Assembly: GCF_009914755.1 (NCBI RefSeq)
Contig: NC_060933.1
Reading direction: 5' to 3' (one strand)
Length of the DNA: 64,000 nt
Source: the human T2T-CHM13v2.0 reference genome, Homo sapiens
The notes under the pieces were generated by a model. That model saw nothing but the letters and a program-made list of their open reading frames with translations. It was not told the DNA's origin and made no database searches. The translations under genes were made by a program, and so were the position numbers. Positions 40,801 through 56,379 of this stretch are shown piece by piece. How positions within the stretch are numbered: the stretch's first letter is position 1; the number at the start of each line of letters is the position of its first letter.

Positions 40801-43800
40801 CATTCCATTCCATTCCTTTCCATTCCATTCCATTCCATTCCATTCCATTCCATTCCATTTCGTTCCATTCCATTCTATTCCGTATCATTCCATTCCATTC
40901 CATTCCATTCCATTCCATTCCATTCCATTCCATTGTACTCGGGTTGATTCAATTCCATTCCATTCCATTCCATTACATTCCATTCCGTTGCATTCCATTC
41001 CATTACATTCGGATTGATTCTATTCAACTCCCTTACTCTCCATTACATTCCATTCCATTCGGGTTGTTCCATTCCATTCCATTCCATTCCACTCCATTCC
41101 ATTGCACTCGGGTTGATTCCATTCCATTCCATTCCATTCCCTTCCATTCCATTCCATTGCGGATGATTCCATTCCATTGCATTCCGTTCCATTACATTCC
41201 CCTGCACTCGCGTTGATTCCATTCCATTCCATTCCATTCCATTCAATTCCATTCCATTACAATTCGTTCCATTCCATTCTATTCCGTACCATTCCATTCC
41301 ATTCCATACCATTCCATTCCATTCCATTCCATTCCATTCCATTCCGTTCCATTCCGTTCCATTCCATTCCATTCCATTCTATTCGAATTAATTCCATTCC
41401 ATTCCATTCCATTCCATTCCATTCTATTCCATTCCATTGCAATCGAGTTGAATCCATTGCATTTCATTCCATTCCATTCCATTCCATTCCATTTCGGAAG
41501 ATTCCATTCAATTGCATTCCATTCCATTCCATTCCCCTGCACTCGCGTTGATTCCATTCCATTCCATTCCATTCCATTCCATTCCATTCCATTCCGTTCC
41601 GTTCAATTCCATTCCATTCCATTCCGTTCCGTTCCATTCCATTCCATTCCATTCTATTCGGGTTAATTCCATTCCATTCCATTCGATTGCAATCTATTTG
41701 ATTCCATTCCATTCCATTCCATTCCATTCCATTCCATTCCATTCCATTCCTTTCCATTCCATTACGGATGATTCCATTCCATTGCATTCCATTCCATTCC
41801 ATTCCCCTGTACTCGGGTTGATTCCATTCCATTCCATTCCAATCCATGCCATTCCACTCGTGTTGATTCCATTCTTTCCATTCCGTTCAAGTTGAATCCA
41901 TTCCATTGCATTCCATTCCATTCGATTCCATTCGATTGCACTCGGTTTGATTCCATTCCATTGCATTCCATTCCATTCCATTCCATTCCATTCCATTCCG
42001 TTCCATTCCCTTCCATTACATTCGGATTGATTCTATTCAATTCCCTTACACTCCATTAGATTCCATTCCATTCGGTAGTTTCCATTCCATTCCATTCCAT
42101 TCCTCTCCATTCCATTGCACTCGTGTTGATTCCATTCCATTGCATTCCATTCCATTCCATTCCATTCCATTCCGTTGCATTCCATTCCATTACATTCGGA
42201 TTGATTCTATTCAACTCCCTTACTCTCCATTACATTCAATTCCATTCAGGTTGTTCCATTCCATTCCATTCCATTCCACTCCATTCCATTGCACTCGGGT
42301 TGATTCCATTCCATTCCATTCCATTCCATTCCATTCCATTCCATTCCGGATGATTCCATTCCATTGCATTCCGTTCCATTACATTCCCCTGCACTCGCGT
42401 TGATTCCATTCCATTCCATTCCATTCCATTCCATTCAATTCCATTCCATTACAATTCGTTCCATTCCATTCTATTCCGTACCATTCCATTCCATTCCATA
42501 CCATTCCATTCCATTCCATTCCATTCCATTCCATTCCATTCCATTCCGTTACATTCCGTTCCATTCCATTCCATTCGAATTAATTCCATTCCATTACATT
42601 CCATTCCATTCTATTCCATTGCATTGCAATCGAGTTGAATCCATTGCATTTCATTCCATTCCATTCAATTCCATTCCATTCAATTCCATTCCATTCCATT
42701 CCGGAAGATTCCATTCCATTGCATTCCATTCCATTCCATTCCATTCCCCTACACTCGCGTTGATTCCATTCCATTCCATTCCATTCCATTCCGGATGATT
42801 CCATTTCATTGAATTCCGTTCCATTACATTCCCCTGCACTCGGGTTGATTCCATTCCATTCCATTCCATTCCATTCCATTCCATTCCATTCCGGATGATT
42901 CCATTCCATTGCATTCCGTTCCATTATATTCCCATGCACTCGCGTTGATTCCATTCCATTCCATTCCATTCCAATCAATTCCATTCCATTACAATTCGTT
43001 CCATTCCATTCTATTCCGTACCATTCCATTCCATTCCATACCATTCCGTTCCGTTCCATTCCGTTCCATTCCATTCCATTCCATTCCGTTCTGTTCCATT
43101 CCATTCCATTCCATTCTATTCGGGTTAATTCCATTCCATTCCATTCGATTGCAATCGTGTTGATTCCATTCCATTCCATTCCACTACATTCCTTTCCATT
43201 CCATTCCTTTCCATTCCATTACGGATGATTCCATTCCATTGCATTCCATTCCATTCCATTCCCCTGTACTCGGGTTGATTCCATTGCATTCCATTCCAAT
43301 CCATGCCCTTCCACTCGTGTAGATTCCATTCTTTCCATTCCATTCAAGTTGAATCCATTCCATTGCATTCTATTCCATTCGATTGCACTCGGGTTGATTC
43401 CATTCCATTGCATTCCATTCCATTCCATTCCATTGCATTCCATTCCATTCCATTCCGTTCCGTTCCATTCCATTCCATTCCTTTCTATTCGGGTTAATTC
43501 CATTCCATTCCATTCCATTCCATTGCATTCCATTCCAATCAAGTTGATTCCTTTCCATTCCATTCCATTCCATTCCATTCCATTCCACTCCATTCCAGTC
43601 CTTTCCATTCCATTCCACTCGGGTTGATTCCAATGTATTCCTTTCCATTCCATTCCATTCCATTGCAATCGAGTTGATTCCATTGCTTTGCATTCCATTC
43701 CATTCCATTCCGGATGATTGCATTCCATTGCATTCCATTCCATTCCATTCCCCTGCACTCGGGTTGATTCCATTCCATTCCACTACATTCCGTTCCATTC

Positions 43801-46800
43801 CATTCCATTCCATTGTATTCGGGTTAATTCCATTCCATTCCTTTCCATTCCATTCCATTCCATTACAATCGAGTTGATTACATTCCATTCCATTCCATTC
43901 CAGTCCTTTCCATTCCATTCCACTCGGGTTGATTCCATTCTATTAGTTTCCATTCCATTCCATTCCCTTCCATTCCACTCTGGTTGATTCCATTCCTTTC
44001 CATTCCACTCGAATACATTCGCTCCTATTCCACTCGGAACGATTCCATTCCATTCCATTCCGTTCCAATCCATTCCATTCCCCTGCACTCGTGTTGATTC
44101 CATTCCCTTCCATTCCATTCCATTACGTTCCATTCCATTCCATTCCATTCTATTCCCGTTAATTCCATTCCATTCCATTCCATTCCATTCCATTCCATTG
44201 CAATCGAGTTGATTCCATTCCATTCCTTTCCATTCCATTCCATTGCCTTGCATTCCACTCGGGTTGATTCCATTCCCTTCTTTCCACTCCATTACATTCC
44301 CTTCCATGATTGATTCCATTCCATTCCATTCCATTTCATTCCATTGCAATCCATTCCAATCCATTCCATTCCATTCCATTCCACTCGAGTTGAATTCATT
44401 CCATTCCTTTCCATTCCATTCCATTCCTTTCCACTCGAGATGATTCCATTCCATTCCAATCCATTGGATTCCATTCCATGCCATTCCACTCGGGTTGATT
44501 CTATTCCTTTGCATTCCATTCCATTCCATTCCATTCCATTCCATTCCATTCCATTCCATTCCATTCCATTCCATTCCATTCCATTCCGTTGCATTCCATT
44601 CCATTACATTCGGATTGATTCTATTCAACTCCCTTACTCTCCATTACATTCCATTCCATTCGGGTTGTTCCATTCCATTCCATTCCATTCCATTCCACTC
44701 CATTCCATTGCACTCGGGTTGATTCCATTCCATTCCATTCCATTCCATTCCATTCCGGATGATTCCATTCCATTGCATTCCGTTCCATTACATTCCCCTG
44801 CACTCGCGTTGATTCCATTCCATTCCATTCCATTCCATTCAATTCCATTCCATTACAATTCGTTCCATTCCATTCTATTCCGTACCATTCCATTCCATTC
44901 CATACCATTCCATTCCATTCCATTCCATTCCATTCTGTTCCATTCCGTTGCATTCCATTCCATTCCATTCTATTCGGATTAATTCCATTCCATTCTATTC
45001 CATTCCATTCTATTCCATTCCATTGCAATCGGGTTGAATCCATTGCATTTCATTCCATTCCATTCCATTCCATTCCATTCCATTCCGGAAGATTCCATTC
45101 CATTGCATTCCATTCCATTCCATTCCCTTGCACTCGCGTTGATTCCATTCCATTCCATTCCATTCCATTCCGTTCTCTTCCATTCCATTCCATTCCATTC
45201 CATTCCATTCCATTCCGTTCCGTTCCATTCCATTCCATTCCATTCTATTCGGGTTAATTCCATTCCATTCCTTTTGATTGCAATCGAGTTGATTCCATTC
45301 CATTCCATTCCATTCCATTCCATTCCATTCCATTCCATTCCTTTCCATTCCATTACGGATGATTCCATTCCATTGCATTCCATTCCATTCCATTCCCCTG
45401 TACTCGGGTTGATTCCATTCCATTCCATTCCAATCCATGCAATTCCACTCGTGTTGATTCCATTCTTTCCATTCCATTCAAATTGAATCCATTCCATTAC
45501 ATTCCATTCAATTCGATTCCATTCGATTGCACTCGGGTTGATTCCATTCCATTGCATTCCATTGCATTCCATTCCATTCCATTCCATTCCATTCCGTTCC
45601 ATTCCATTCCATTACATTCGGATTGATTCTATTCAATTCCCTTACACTCCATTACATTCCATTCCATTCGGGTAGTTTCCATTCCATTCCATTCCATTCC
45701 TCTCCATTCCATTGCACTCGCGTTGATTCCATTCCATTGCATTCCATTCCATTCCATTCAATTCCATTCCGTTCCATTCCATTCCATTACATTCGGATTG
45801 ATTCTATTCAACTCCCTTACTCTCCATTACATTCCATTCCATTCGGGTTGTTCCATTCCATTCCATTCCATTCCACTCCATTCCATTGCACTCGGGTTGA
45901 TTCCATTCCATTCCATTCCATTCCATTCCATTCCATTCCATTCCATTACAATCGAGTTGATTCCATTCCATTCCATTCCATTCCAGTCCTTTCCACTCCA
46001 TTCCACTCGGGTTGATTCCATTCTATTAGTTTCCATTCCATTCCATTCCCTTCCATTCCACTCTGGTTGATTCCATTCCTTTCCATTCTACTCGAATACA
46101 TTCCCTCCTATTCCACTCGGAACGATTCCATTCCATTCCATCTCATTCCATTCCATTCCATTCCATTCCATTTCGTTCCATTCCATTTCGTTCCATTCCA
46201 TTCTATTCCATTCCATTCCATTCCATAACGTTCCATTCCATTCCGTTCCATTCCATTCCGTTCCATTCCATTACATTCGGATTGATTCTTTTCAACTCCC
46301 TTACTCTCCATTACATTACATTCCATTCGGATTGTTCCATTCCATTCCATTCCATTCCACTCCATTCCATTCAATTCCATTCCGTTCCATTCCATTCCAT
46401 TTCATTCGGATTGATTCTATTCAACTCCCTTACTGTCCATTACATTCGATTCCATTCGGGTTGTTCCATTCCATTCCATTCCATTCCACTCCATTCCATT
46501 GCACTCGGGTTGATTCCATTCCATTCCATTCCATTCCGGAAGATTCCATTCCATTGCATTCCATTCCATTCCATTCCCCTGCACTCGCGTTGATTCCATT
46601 CCATTCCATTCCATTCCATTCCATTCCATTCCTCTCCGTTCCATTCCATTCCATTCCATTCCATTCCATTCCATTCCATTCCCTTCCGTTCCGTTCCATT
46701 CCATTCCATTCCATTCCATTCTATTCGGGTTAATCCCATTCCATTCCATTCGATTGCAATCGAGTTGATACCATTCCATTCCATTCCATTCCATTCCTTT

Positions 46801-49800
46801 CCATTCCATTACGGATGATTCCATTCCATTGCATTCCATTCCATTCCATTCCACTGTACTCGGGTTGATTCCATTCCATTCCATTCCAATCCATGCCATT
46901 CAACTCGTGTTGATTCCATTCTTTCCATTCCATTCAAGTTGAATCCATTCCATTGCATTCCATTCCATTCCATTCCCCTGCAGTCGGATTGATTCCATTC
47001 CATTCCATTCCATTCCATTCCATTCCATTGCATTCCATTCCATTCCATTCCGTTCCGTTCCATTCCATTCCATTCCTTTCTATTCGGGTTAATTCAATTC
47101 CATTCCATTCCATTCCATTCCATTCCATTCAATTCCATTCCATTACAATTCGTTCCATTCCATTCTATTCCGTACCATTCCATTCCATTCCATACCATTC
47201 CATTCTATTCCATTCCATTCCATTCCATTCCATTCCGTTCCATTGCGTTCCATTCCATTCCATTCCATTCTATTCGGGTTAATTCCATTCCATTCCATTC
47301 CATCCCATTCTATTACATTCCATTGCAATCGAGTTGAATCCATTGCATTTCATTCCATTCCATTCCATTCCATTCCATTCCGGAAGATTCCATTCCATTG
47401 CATTCCATTCCATTCCATTCCCCTGCACTCGCGTTGATTCCATTCCATTCCATTCCATTCCATTCCATTCCATTCCATTCCGTTCCGTTCCATTCCATTC
47501 CATTCCATTCTATTCGGGTTAATTCCATTCCATTCCATTCGATTGCAATCGAGTTGATTCCATTCCATTCCATTCCATTCCATTCCATTCCATTCCTTTC
47601 CATTCCATTACGGATGATTCCATTCCATTGCATTCCATTCCATTCCATTCCCCTGTACTCGGGTTGATTCCATTCCATTGCATTCCAATCCATGCCCTTC
47701 CACTCGTGTTGATTCCATTCTTTCCATTCCATTCAAGTTGAATCCATTCCATTGCATTACATCCCATTCGATTCCATTCCATTCCATTCCATTCCATTCC
47801 GTTCCATTCCATTCCATTACATTCCATTCCATTCCGTTCCATTCCATTCCATTACATTCGGATTGATTCTATTCAATTCCCTTACACTCCATTACATTCC
47901 ATTCCATTCGGGTAGTTTCCATTCCATTCTATTCCATTCCATTCCTCTCCATTCCATTGCAGTCGGGTTGATTCCATTCCATTGCATTCAATTCCATTCC
48001 ATTCAATTCTATTCCGTTCCATTCCATTCCATTACATTCGGATTGATGCTATTCAACTCCCTTACTCTCCATTACATTCCATTCCATTCGGGTTGTTCCA
48101 TTCCATTCCATTCCAATCCACTGCATTCCATTGCACTCGGGTTTATTCCATTCCATTCCATTCCATTCCATTCCATTCCATTCCGGAAGATTCCATTCCA
48201 TTGCATTCCATTCCATTCCATTCCCCTGCACTCGCGTTGATTCCATTCCATTCCATTCCATTCCATTCCATTCCATTCCATTCCTTTCCGTTCCATTCCA
48301 TTCCATTCCATTCCGTTCCGTTCCGTTCCATTCCATTCCATTCCATTCCATTCCATTCCATTCGGGTTAATTCCACTCCAATCCATTCGATTGCAATCGA
48401 GTTGATTCCATTCCATTCCATTCCATTCCATTCCATTCCATTCCATTCCTTTCCATTCCATTACGTATGATTCCATTCCATTGCATTCCATTCCATTCCA
48501 TTCCCCTGTACTCGGGTTCATTCCATTCCATTCCATTCCAATCCATGGCATTCCACTCGTGTTGATTCCATTCTTTCCATTCCATTCAAGTTGAATCCAT
48601 TCCATTGCATTCCATTCCATTCCATTCCCCTGCAGTCGGGTTGATTCCATTCTATTCAATTCCATTCCATTCCATTCCATTCCAGTCCTTTCCATTCCAA
48701 TCCACTCGGGTTGATTCCATTCTATTAGTTTCCATTCCATTCCATTCCCTTCCATTCCACTCTGGTTGATTCCATTGCTTTCCATTCCACTCGAATACAT
48801 TCCCTCCTATTCCACTCGGAACGATTCCATTCCATTCCATTCCATTCCATTCCATTCCATTCCATTCCATTCCATTCCATTCCATTTCGTTCCATTCCAT
48901 TCTATTCCGTATCATTCCATTCCATTCCATTCCATTCCATTCCATTCCATTCCATTCCATTCCATTCGATTGTACTCGGGTTGATTCCATTCCATTGCAT
49001 TCCATTCCATTTCATTCCATTCCATTCCGTTGCATTCCATTCCATTACATTCGGATTGATACTATTCAACTCCCTTACTCTCCATTACATTCCATTCCAT
49101 TCGGGTTGTTCCATTCCATTCCATTCCATTCCATTCCACTCCATTCCATTGCACTCGGGTTGAGTCCATTCCATTCCATTCCATTCCATTCCATTCCGGA
49201 TGATTCCATTCCATTGCATTCCGTTCCATTACATTCCCCTGCACTCGCGTTGATTCCATTCCATTCCATTCCATTCCATTCAATTCCATTCCATTACAAT
49301 TCGTTCCATTCCATTCTATTCCGTACCATTCCATACCATTCCATTCCATTCCATTCCATTCCATTCCATTCCATTCTATTCCATTCCATTGCAATCGAGT
49401 TGAATCCATTGCATTTCATTCCATTCCATTCCATTCCATTCCATTCCGGAAATTTCCATTCCATTGCATTCCATTCCATTCCATTCCATTCCGTTCCGTT
49501 CCATTCCATTCCATTCCATTCCGTTCCGTTCCATTCCATTCCATTACATTCGGATTGATTCTATTCAATTCCCTTACACTCCATTACATTCCATTCCATT
49601 CGGGTAGTTTCCATTCCATTCCATTCCATTCCTCTCCATTCCATTGCACTCGGGTTGATTCCATTCCATTGCATTCCATTCCATTCCATTCAATTCCATT
49701 CCGTTCCATTGCATTCCATTACATTCGGATTGATTATATTCAACTCCCTTACTCTCCATTACATTCCATTCCATTCGGGTTCTTCCATTCCATTCCATTC

Positions 49801-52464
49801 CATTCCACTCCATTCCATTGCACTCGGGTTTATTCTATTCCATTCCATTCCATTCAATTCCATTTCATTGCATTCCGGAAGATTCCATTCCATTGCATTC
49901 CATTCCATTCGATTCCCCTGCACTCGCGTTGATTCCATTCCATTCCATTCCATTCCATTCCATTCCATTCCGTTCCGTTCCGTTCCATTCCATTCCATTC
50001 CATTCCATTCCAATCCATTCCATTCCGTTCCGTTCCGTTCCATTCCATTCCATTCCATTCTTTTCGGTTAATTCCATTCCATTCCATTCGATTGCAATCG
50101 AGTTGATTCCATTCCATTCCATTCCATTCCATTCCATTCCATTCCTTTCCTTTCCATTCCATTACAGATGATTCCATTACATTGCATTCCATTCCATTCC
50201 ATTCCCCTGTACTCGGGTTGATTCCATTCCATTCCATTCCAATCCATGCCATTCCACTCGTGTTGTTTCCATTCTTTCCATTCCATTCAAGTTGAATCCA
50301 TTCCATTGCATTCCATTCCATTTGATTCCATTCGATTGCACTCGGGTTGATTCCATTCCATTGCATTCCATTGCATTCCATTTCATTCCATTCCATTCCA
50401 TTCCATTCCGTTCCGTTCCATTCCATTCCATTCCATTCCATTCCATTCCGTTCCGTTCCATTCCATTCCATTCCATTCCATTCCATTCCATTCCATTCCG
50501 TTCCATTCCATTCCATTCCATTCTATTCGGTTTAATTCCATTCCATTCCATTCGATTGCCATCGAGTTGATTCCATTCCATTCCATTCCATTCCATTCCA
50601 TTCCTTTCCATTCCATTACGGATGACTCCATTCCATTGCATTCCATTCCATTCCATTCCCCTGTACTCGGGTTGATTCCATTCCATTCCATTCCACTCCA
50701 TTCGGTTCCGTTGCCTTCCATTCTATTGCATTCCATTCTATTCCGGTTAATTCCATTCCATTCTATTCCATTCCATTCCATTCCATCCCATTGCAATGGA
50801 GTTGATTCCATTCCATTCTATTCCATTCCGGATGATTCCATTCCATTGCATTCCATTCCATTCCATTCCCCTGCACTCGTGTTCATTCCATTCCGTTCCA
50901 TTCCATTCCATTCCATTCTATTCCGGTTAATTCCATTCCATTCCATTCCATTCCATTCCATTCCATTCCATTCCATTCCATTGCAATCGAGTTGATTCCA
51001 TTCCATTCCTTTCCATTCCATTCCATTGCCTTGCATTCCACTCGGGTTGATTCCATTCCCTTCTTTCCACTCCATTACATTCCCTTCCTTTCCACTCGGA
51101 ATGATTGATTCCATTCCATTCCATTCCATTTCATTCCATTGCAATCCATTCCAATCCATTCCATTCCATTCCATTCCACTCGAGTTGACTTCATTCAATT
51201 CCTTTCCATTCCATTCCATTCCTTTCCACTCGAGTTGATTCCATTCCATTCCATTCCATTGCATTCCATTCCATGCCATTCCACTCGGGTTGATTCCATT
51301 CCTTTGCATTCCATTCCATTCCATTCCATTCCATTCCATTCCATTCCATTCCGTTGCTTTCCTTTCCATTACATTCGGATTGATTCTATTCAACTCCCTT
51401 ACTCTCCATTACATTCCATTCCATTCGGGTTGTTCCATTCCATTCCATTCCATTCCACTCCATTCCATTGCACTCGGGTTGATTCCATTCCATTCCATTC
51501 CATTCCATTCCATTCCGGATGATTCCATTCCATTACATTCCGTTCCATTACATTCCCCTGCACTCGCGTTGATTCCATTCCATTCCATTCCATTCCATTC
51601 CATTCCATTCCATTCAATTCCATTCCATTACAATTCGTTCCATTCCATTCTATTCCGTACCATTCCATTCCATTCCATACCATTCCATTCTATTCCATTC
51701 CATTCCATTCCATTCCATTCCGTTCCATTCCGTTCCATTCCATTCCATTCCATTCTATTCGGGTTAATTCCATTCCATTCCATTCCATCCCATTCTATTA
51801 CATTCCATTGCAATCGAGTTGAATCCATTGCATTTCATTCCATTCCATTCCATTGCATTCCATTCCTGAAGATTCCATTCCATTGCATTCCATTCCATTC
51901 CATTCCCCTGCACTCGCGTTTATTCCATTCCATTCCATTCCGTTCCGTTCCGTTCCGTTCCATTCCATTCCATTCTATTAGGGTTAATTCCATTCCATTC
52001 CATTCCATTCCATTCCATTCCACTCTATTCCAGTCCTTTCCATTCCATTCCACTCGTGTTGATTCCATTCCCTTCCATTCCATTCCATACCATTCCATTC
52101 CATTCCATTCCGTTCCATTCCGTTCCATTCCATTCCATTCCATTCTATTCGGATTTATTCCATTCCATTCCATTCCATTCCATTCTATTCCATTCCATTG
52201 CAATCGAGTTGAATCCATTGCATTTCATTCCATTCCATTCCATTCCATTCCATTCCGGAAGTTTCCATTCCATTGCATTCCATTCCATTCCATTCCATTC
52301 CGTTCCGTTCCATTCCATTCCATTGCATTCCGTTCCGTTCCATTCTATTCCATTCCATTCTATTCTGGTTAATTCCATTCCATTCCATTCGATTGCAATC
52401 GAGTTGATTCCATTCCATTCCATTCCATTCCATTCCATTCCATTCCATTCCTTTCCTTTCCATT

Positions 52465-52930
52465 ACGGATGATTCCATTCCATTGCATTCCATTCCATTC
52501 CATTCCACTGTACTCGGGTTGATTCCATTCCATTCCATTCAAATCCATGCCATTCCACTCGTGTTGATTCCATTCTTTCCATTCCATTCAAGTTGAATCC
52601 ATTCCATTGCATTCCATTCCATTCGATTCCATTCGATTGCACTCGGGTTGATTCCATTCCATTGCATTCCATTCCATTCCTTTCCTTTCCATTCCATTAC
52701 GGATGATTCCATTCCATTGCATTCCATTCCATTCCATTCCCCTGTACTCGGGTTGATTCCATTCCATTCCATTCCAATCCATGCCATTCCACTCGTGTTG
52801 TTTCCATTCTTTCCATTCCATTCAAGTTGAATCCATTCCATTGCATTCCATTCCATTCGATTCCATTCGATTGCACTCGGGTTGATTCCATTCCATTGCA
52901 TTCCATTCCATTCCATTTCATTCCATTCCA
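52465..52930 (+). repeat. 234-bp tandem duplication of the acggatga...caagttgaatcc...cgattgcactcggg module
   Basis: The module starts at ~52465 and ~52699. The minus-strand pseudo-ORFs MEWKEW... begin at 52587 and 52821 (offset 234). Confidence 0.75.
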
Positions 52931-55900
52931 TTCCTTTCCATTCCATTCCATTCCATTCCATTCCATTGCAATCGAGTTGATTCCATTCCATTCCTTTCCA
53001 TTCCATTCCATTGCCTTTCATTCCAGTCGGGTTGATTCTATTCCCTTCTTTCCACTCCATTGCATTCCCTTCCATTCCACTCGGAATGATTGATTCCATT
53101 CCATTCCATTCCATTTCATTCCATTGCAATCCATTCCAATCCATTCCATTCCATTCCATTCCACTCGAGTTGATTTCATTCCATTCCTTTCCATTCCATT
53201 CCAATCCTTTCCACTCGAGTTGATTCCATTGCATTCCATTCCATTGCATTCCGTTCCATGCCATTCCACTCGGGTTGATTCCATGCCATTCCATTCCATT
53301 CCATTGCATTCCATTCCATTCCTTTCCCCTGCACTCGGGTTGATTCCATTCCATTCCATTCCATTTAATTCCATTCCATTCCATTCCATTCCATTCCAAT
53401 CCGTTCCATTCCATTCCATTCTATTCCATTGCAATCGACTTGATTCCATTCCATTCCATTCCATTCCATTCTATTCCATTCCATTCCATTCCATTCCATT
53501 TTTTTCCAATCCATTCTATTCCGAACCATTCCATTCCATTCCATTTTTTTCCAATCCATTCTATTCCGAACCATTCCATTCCATTCCATTCCATTCCATT
53601 CCATTCCATTCCATTCCATTCCAGCCATTCCACTCGGGTTGATTCCATTCCTTTCCATTCCATTCGGGTTGAATCCATTCCACTCCATTCCATTCCATTC
53701 GAATCCATTCCATTGCACTCGGGTTGATTCCATTCCATTCCATTCCATTCGATTCCATTCCATTCCATTCCATTCCGTTCCATTCCATTGCATTACATTC
53801 ACATTGATTCTATTCAATTCCCTTACACTCCATTATATTCCAATCCATTCTGGTTGTTTCCATTCCATTCCATTCCATTTCACTCCATTCCATTGCACTC
53901 GGTTTGATTCCATTCCATTCCATTCCATTCCATTCGGGATGATTCCATTCCATTGCATTCCATTCCATTCCATTCCCCTGCACTCAGGTTGATTCCATTC
54001 CATTCCATTCCACTGCATTCGGTTCCGTTCCATTCCATTCTATTGCATTCCATTCTATTCGGGTTAATTCCATTCCATTCTATTCCATTCCATTCCATTC
54101 CATTCCATTGTAATGGAGTTGATTCCATTCCATTCCATTCCATTCCGGATGATTCCATTCCATTGCATTCCATTCTATTCCATTCCCCTGCACTCGTGTT
54201 GATTCCATTACCTTCCATTCCATTCCATTCCGTTCCATTCCATTGCATTCCATTCTATTCCGGTTAATTCCATTCCATTCCATTCCATTCCATTCCATTC
54301 CATTGCAATCGAGTTGATTGCATTCCATTCCTTTCCATTCCATTCCATTGCCTTGCATTCCAATCGGATTGATTCCATTCCCTTCTTTCCACTCCATTAC
54401 ATTCCCTTCCATTCCACTCGGAATGATTGATTCCATTCCATTCCATTCCATTTCATTCCGTTGCAATCCATTCCAATCTATTCCATTCCATTCCATTCCA
54501 CTCGAGTTGATTTCATTCCATTCCTTTCCATTCCATTCCATTGCTTTCCACTCGAGTTGATTCCATTCCATTCCATTCCATTGCATTCCATTCCATGCCA
54601 TTCCACTCGGGTTGATTCCATTCCTTTGCATTCCATTCCATTCCATTCCATTCCATTCCATTCCATTCCATTCCATTCCGTTGCATTCCATTCCATTACA
54701 TTCGGATTGATTCTATTCAACTCCCTTACTCTCCATTACATTACATTCCATTCGGGTTGTTCCATTCCATTCCATTCCATTCCGAATGATTCCATTCCAT
54801 TGCATTCCATTCGATTACATTCCCCTGCAGTCGCGTTGATTCCATTCCATTCCATTCCATTCCATTCAATTCCATTCTATTACAATTCGTTCCATTCCAT
54901 TCTATTCCGTACCATTCCATTCCATTCCATACCATTCCATTCCATTCCATTCCATTCCATTCCGTTCCATTCCGTTCCATTCCATTCCATTTTATTCGGG
55001 TTAATTCCATTCCATTGCATTCCATTCCATTCTATTCCATTCCATTGCAATCGAGTTGAATCCATTACATTTCATTCCATTCCATTCCTTTCCATTGCAT
55101 TCCGGAAGATTCCATTCCATTGCATTCCATTCCATTCCATTCCCCTGCACTCGCGTTGATTCCATTCCATTCCATTCCATTCCATTCAATTCCATTCCGT
55201 TCCGTTCCATTCCATTCCATTCCATTCCATTCCTTTCCATTCCATTACGGATGATTCCATTCCATTGCATTCCATTCCATTCCATTCCCCTGTACTCGGG
55301 ATGATTCCATTCCATTGCATTCCAATCCATGCCCTTCCACTCGTGTTGATTCCATTCTTTCCATTCCATTCAAGTTGAATCCATTCCATTGTATTCCATT
55401 CCATTCGATTCCATTCGATTGCACTCGGGTTGATTCCATTCCATTGCATTCCATTCCATTCCATTCCATTCCATTCCATTCCATTCCGTTCCATTCCATT
55501 CCATTACATTCGGATTGATTCTATTCAATTCCCTTACACTCCATTACATTCCATTCCATTCGGGTAGTTTCCATTCCATTCCATTCCATTCCTCTCCATT
55601 CCATTGCACTCGGGTTGATTCCATTCCATTGCCTTCCATTCCATTCCATTCAATTCCATTCCGTTCCATTCCATTCCATTACATTCGGATTGACTCTATT
55701 CAACTCCCTTACTCTCCATTACATTACATTCCATTCGGGTTGTTCCATTCCATTCCATTCCATTCCACTCCATTCCATTGCACTCGGGTTTATTCCATTC
55801 CATTCCATTCCATTCCATTCCATTCCATTCCATTCCTTTCCGGAAGATTCCATTCCATTGCATTCCATTCCATTCCATTCCCCTGCACTCGCGTTGATTC

Positions 55901-56339
55901 CATTCCATTCCATTCCATTCCATTCCATTCCATTCCATTCCTTTCCGTTCCATTCCATTCCATTCCATTCCATTCCATTCCGTTCCGTTCCGTTCCGTTC
56001 CGTTCCGTTCCGTTCCATTCCATTCAATTCCATTCTATTCGGGTTAACTCCATTCCATTCCATTCGATTGCAATCGAGTTGATTCCATTCCATTCCATTC
56101 CATTCCATTCCATTCCTTTCCATTCCATTACGGATGATTCCATTCCATTGCATTCCATTCCATTCCATTCCCCTGTACTCGGGTTGATTCCATTCCATTC
56201 CATTCCAATCCATGCCATTCCACTCGTGTTGATTCCATTCTTTCCATTCCATTAAAGTTGAATCCATTCCATTGCATTCCATTCCATTCCATTCCCCTGC
56301 AGTCGGGTTGACTCCATTCCATTCCATTCCATTCCATTC

Positions 56340-56379
56340 CGTTCCGTTCCGTTCCGTTCCGTTCCGTTCCGTTCCGTTC
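56340..56379 (+). repeat. (CGTTC)8 variant-pentamer microsatellite
   Basis: Eight consecutive cgttc units. Similar runs: (CGTTC)7 at 55981-56015, (CGTTC)6 at 60366-60395, and a shorter run at ~12745-12774. Confidence 0.85.

Noticed and set aside
54779-54795. attccgaatgattcc and attccgaacc as extra HSEs
   Set aside because: The GAA is one base out of register relative to the flanking TTC units, so they do not fit nTTCnnGAAn.
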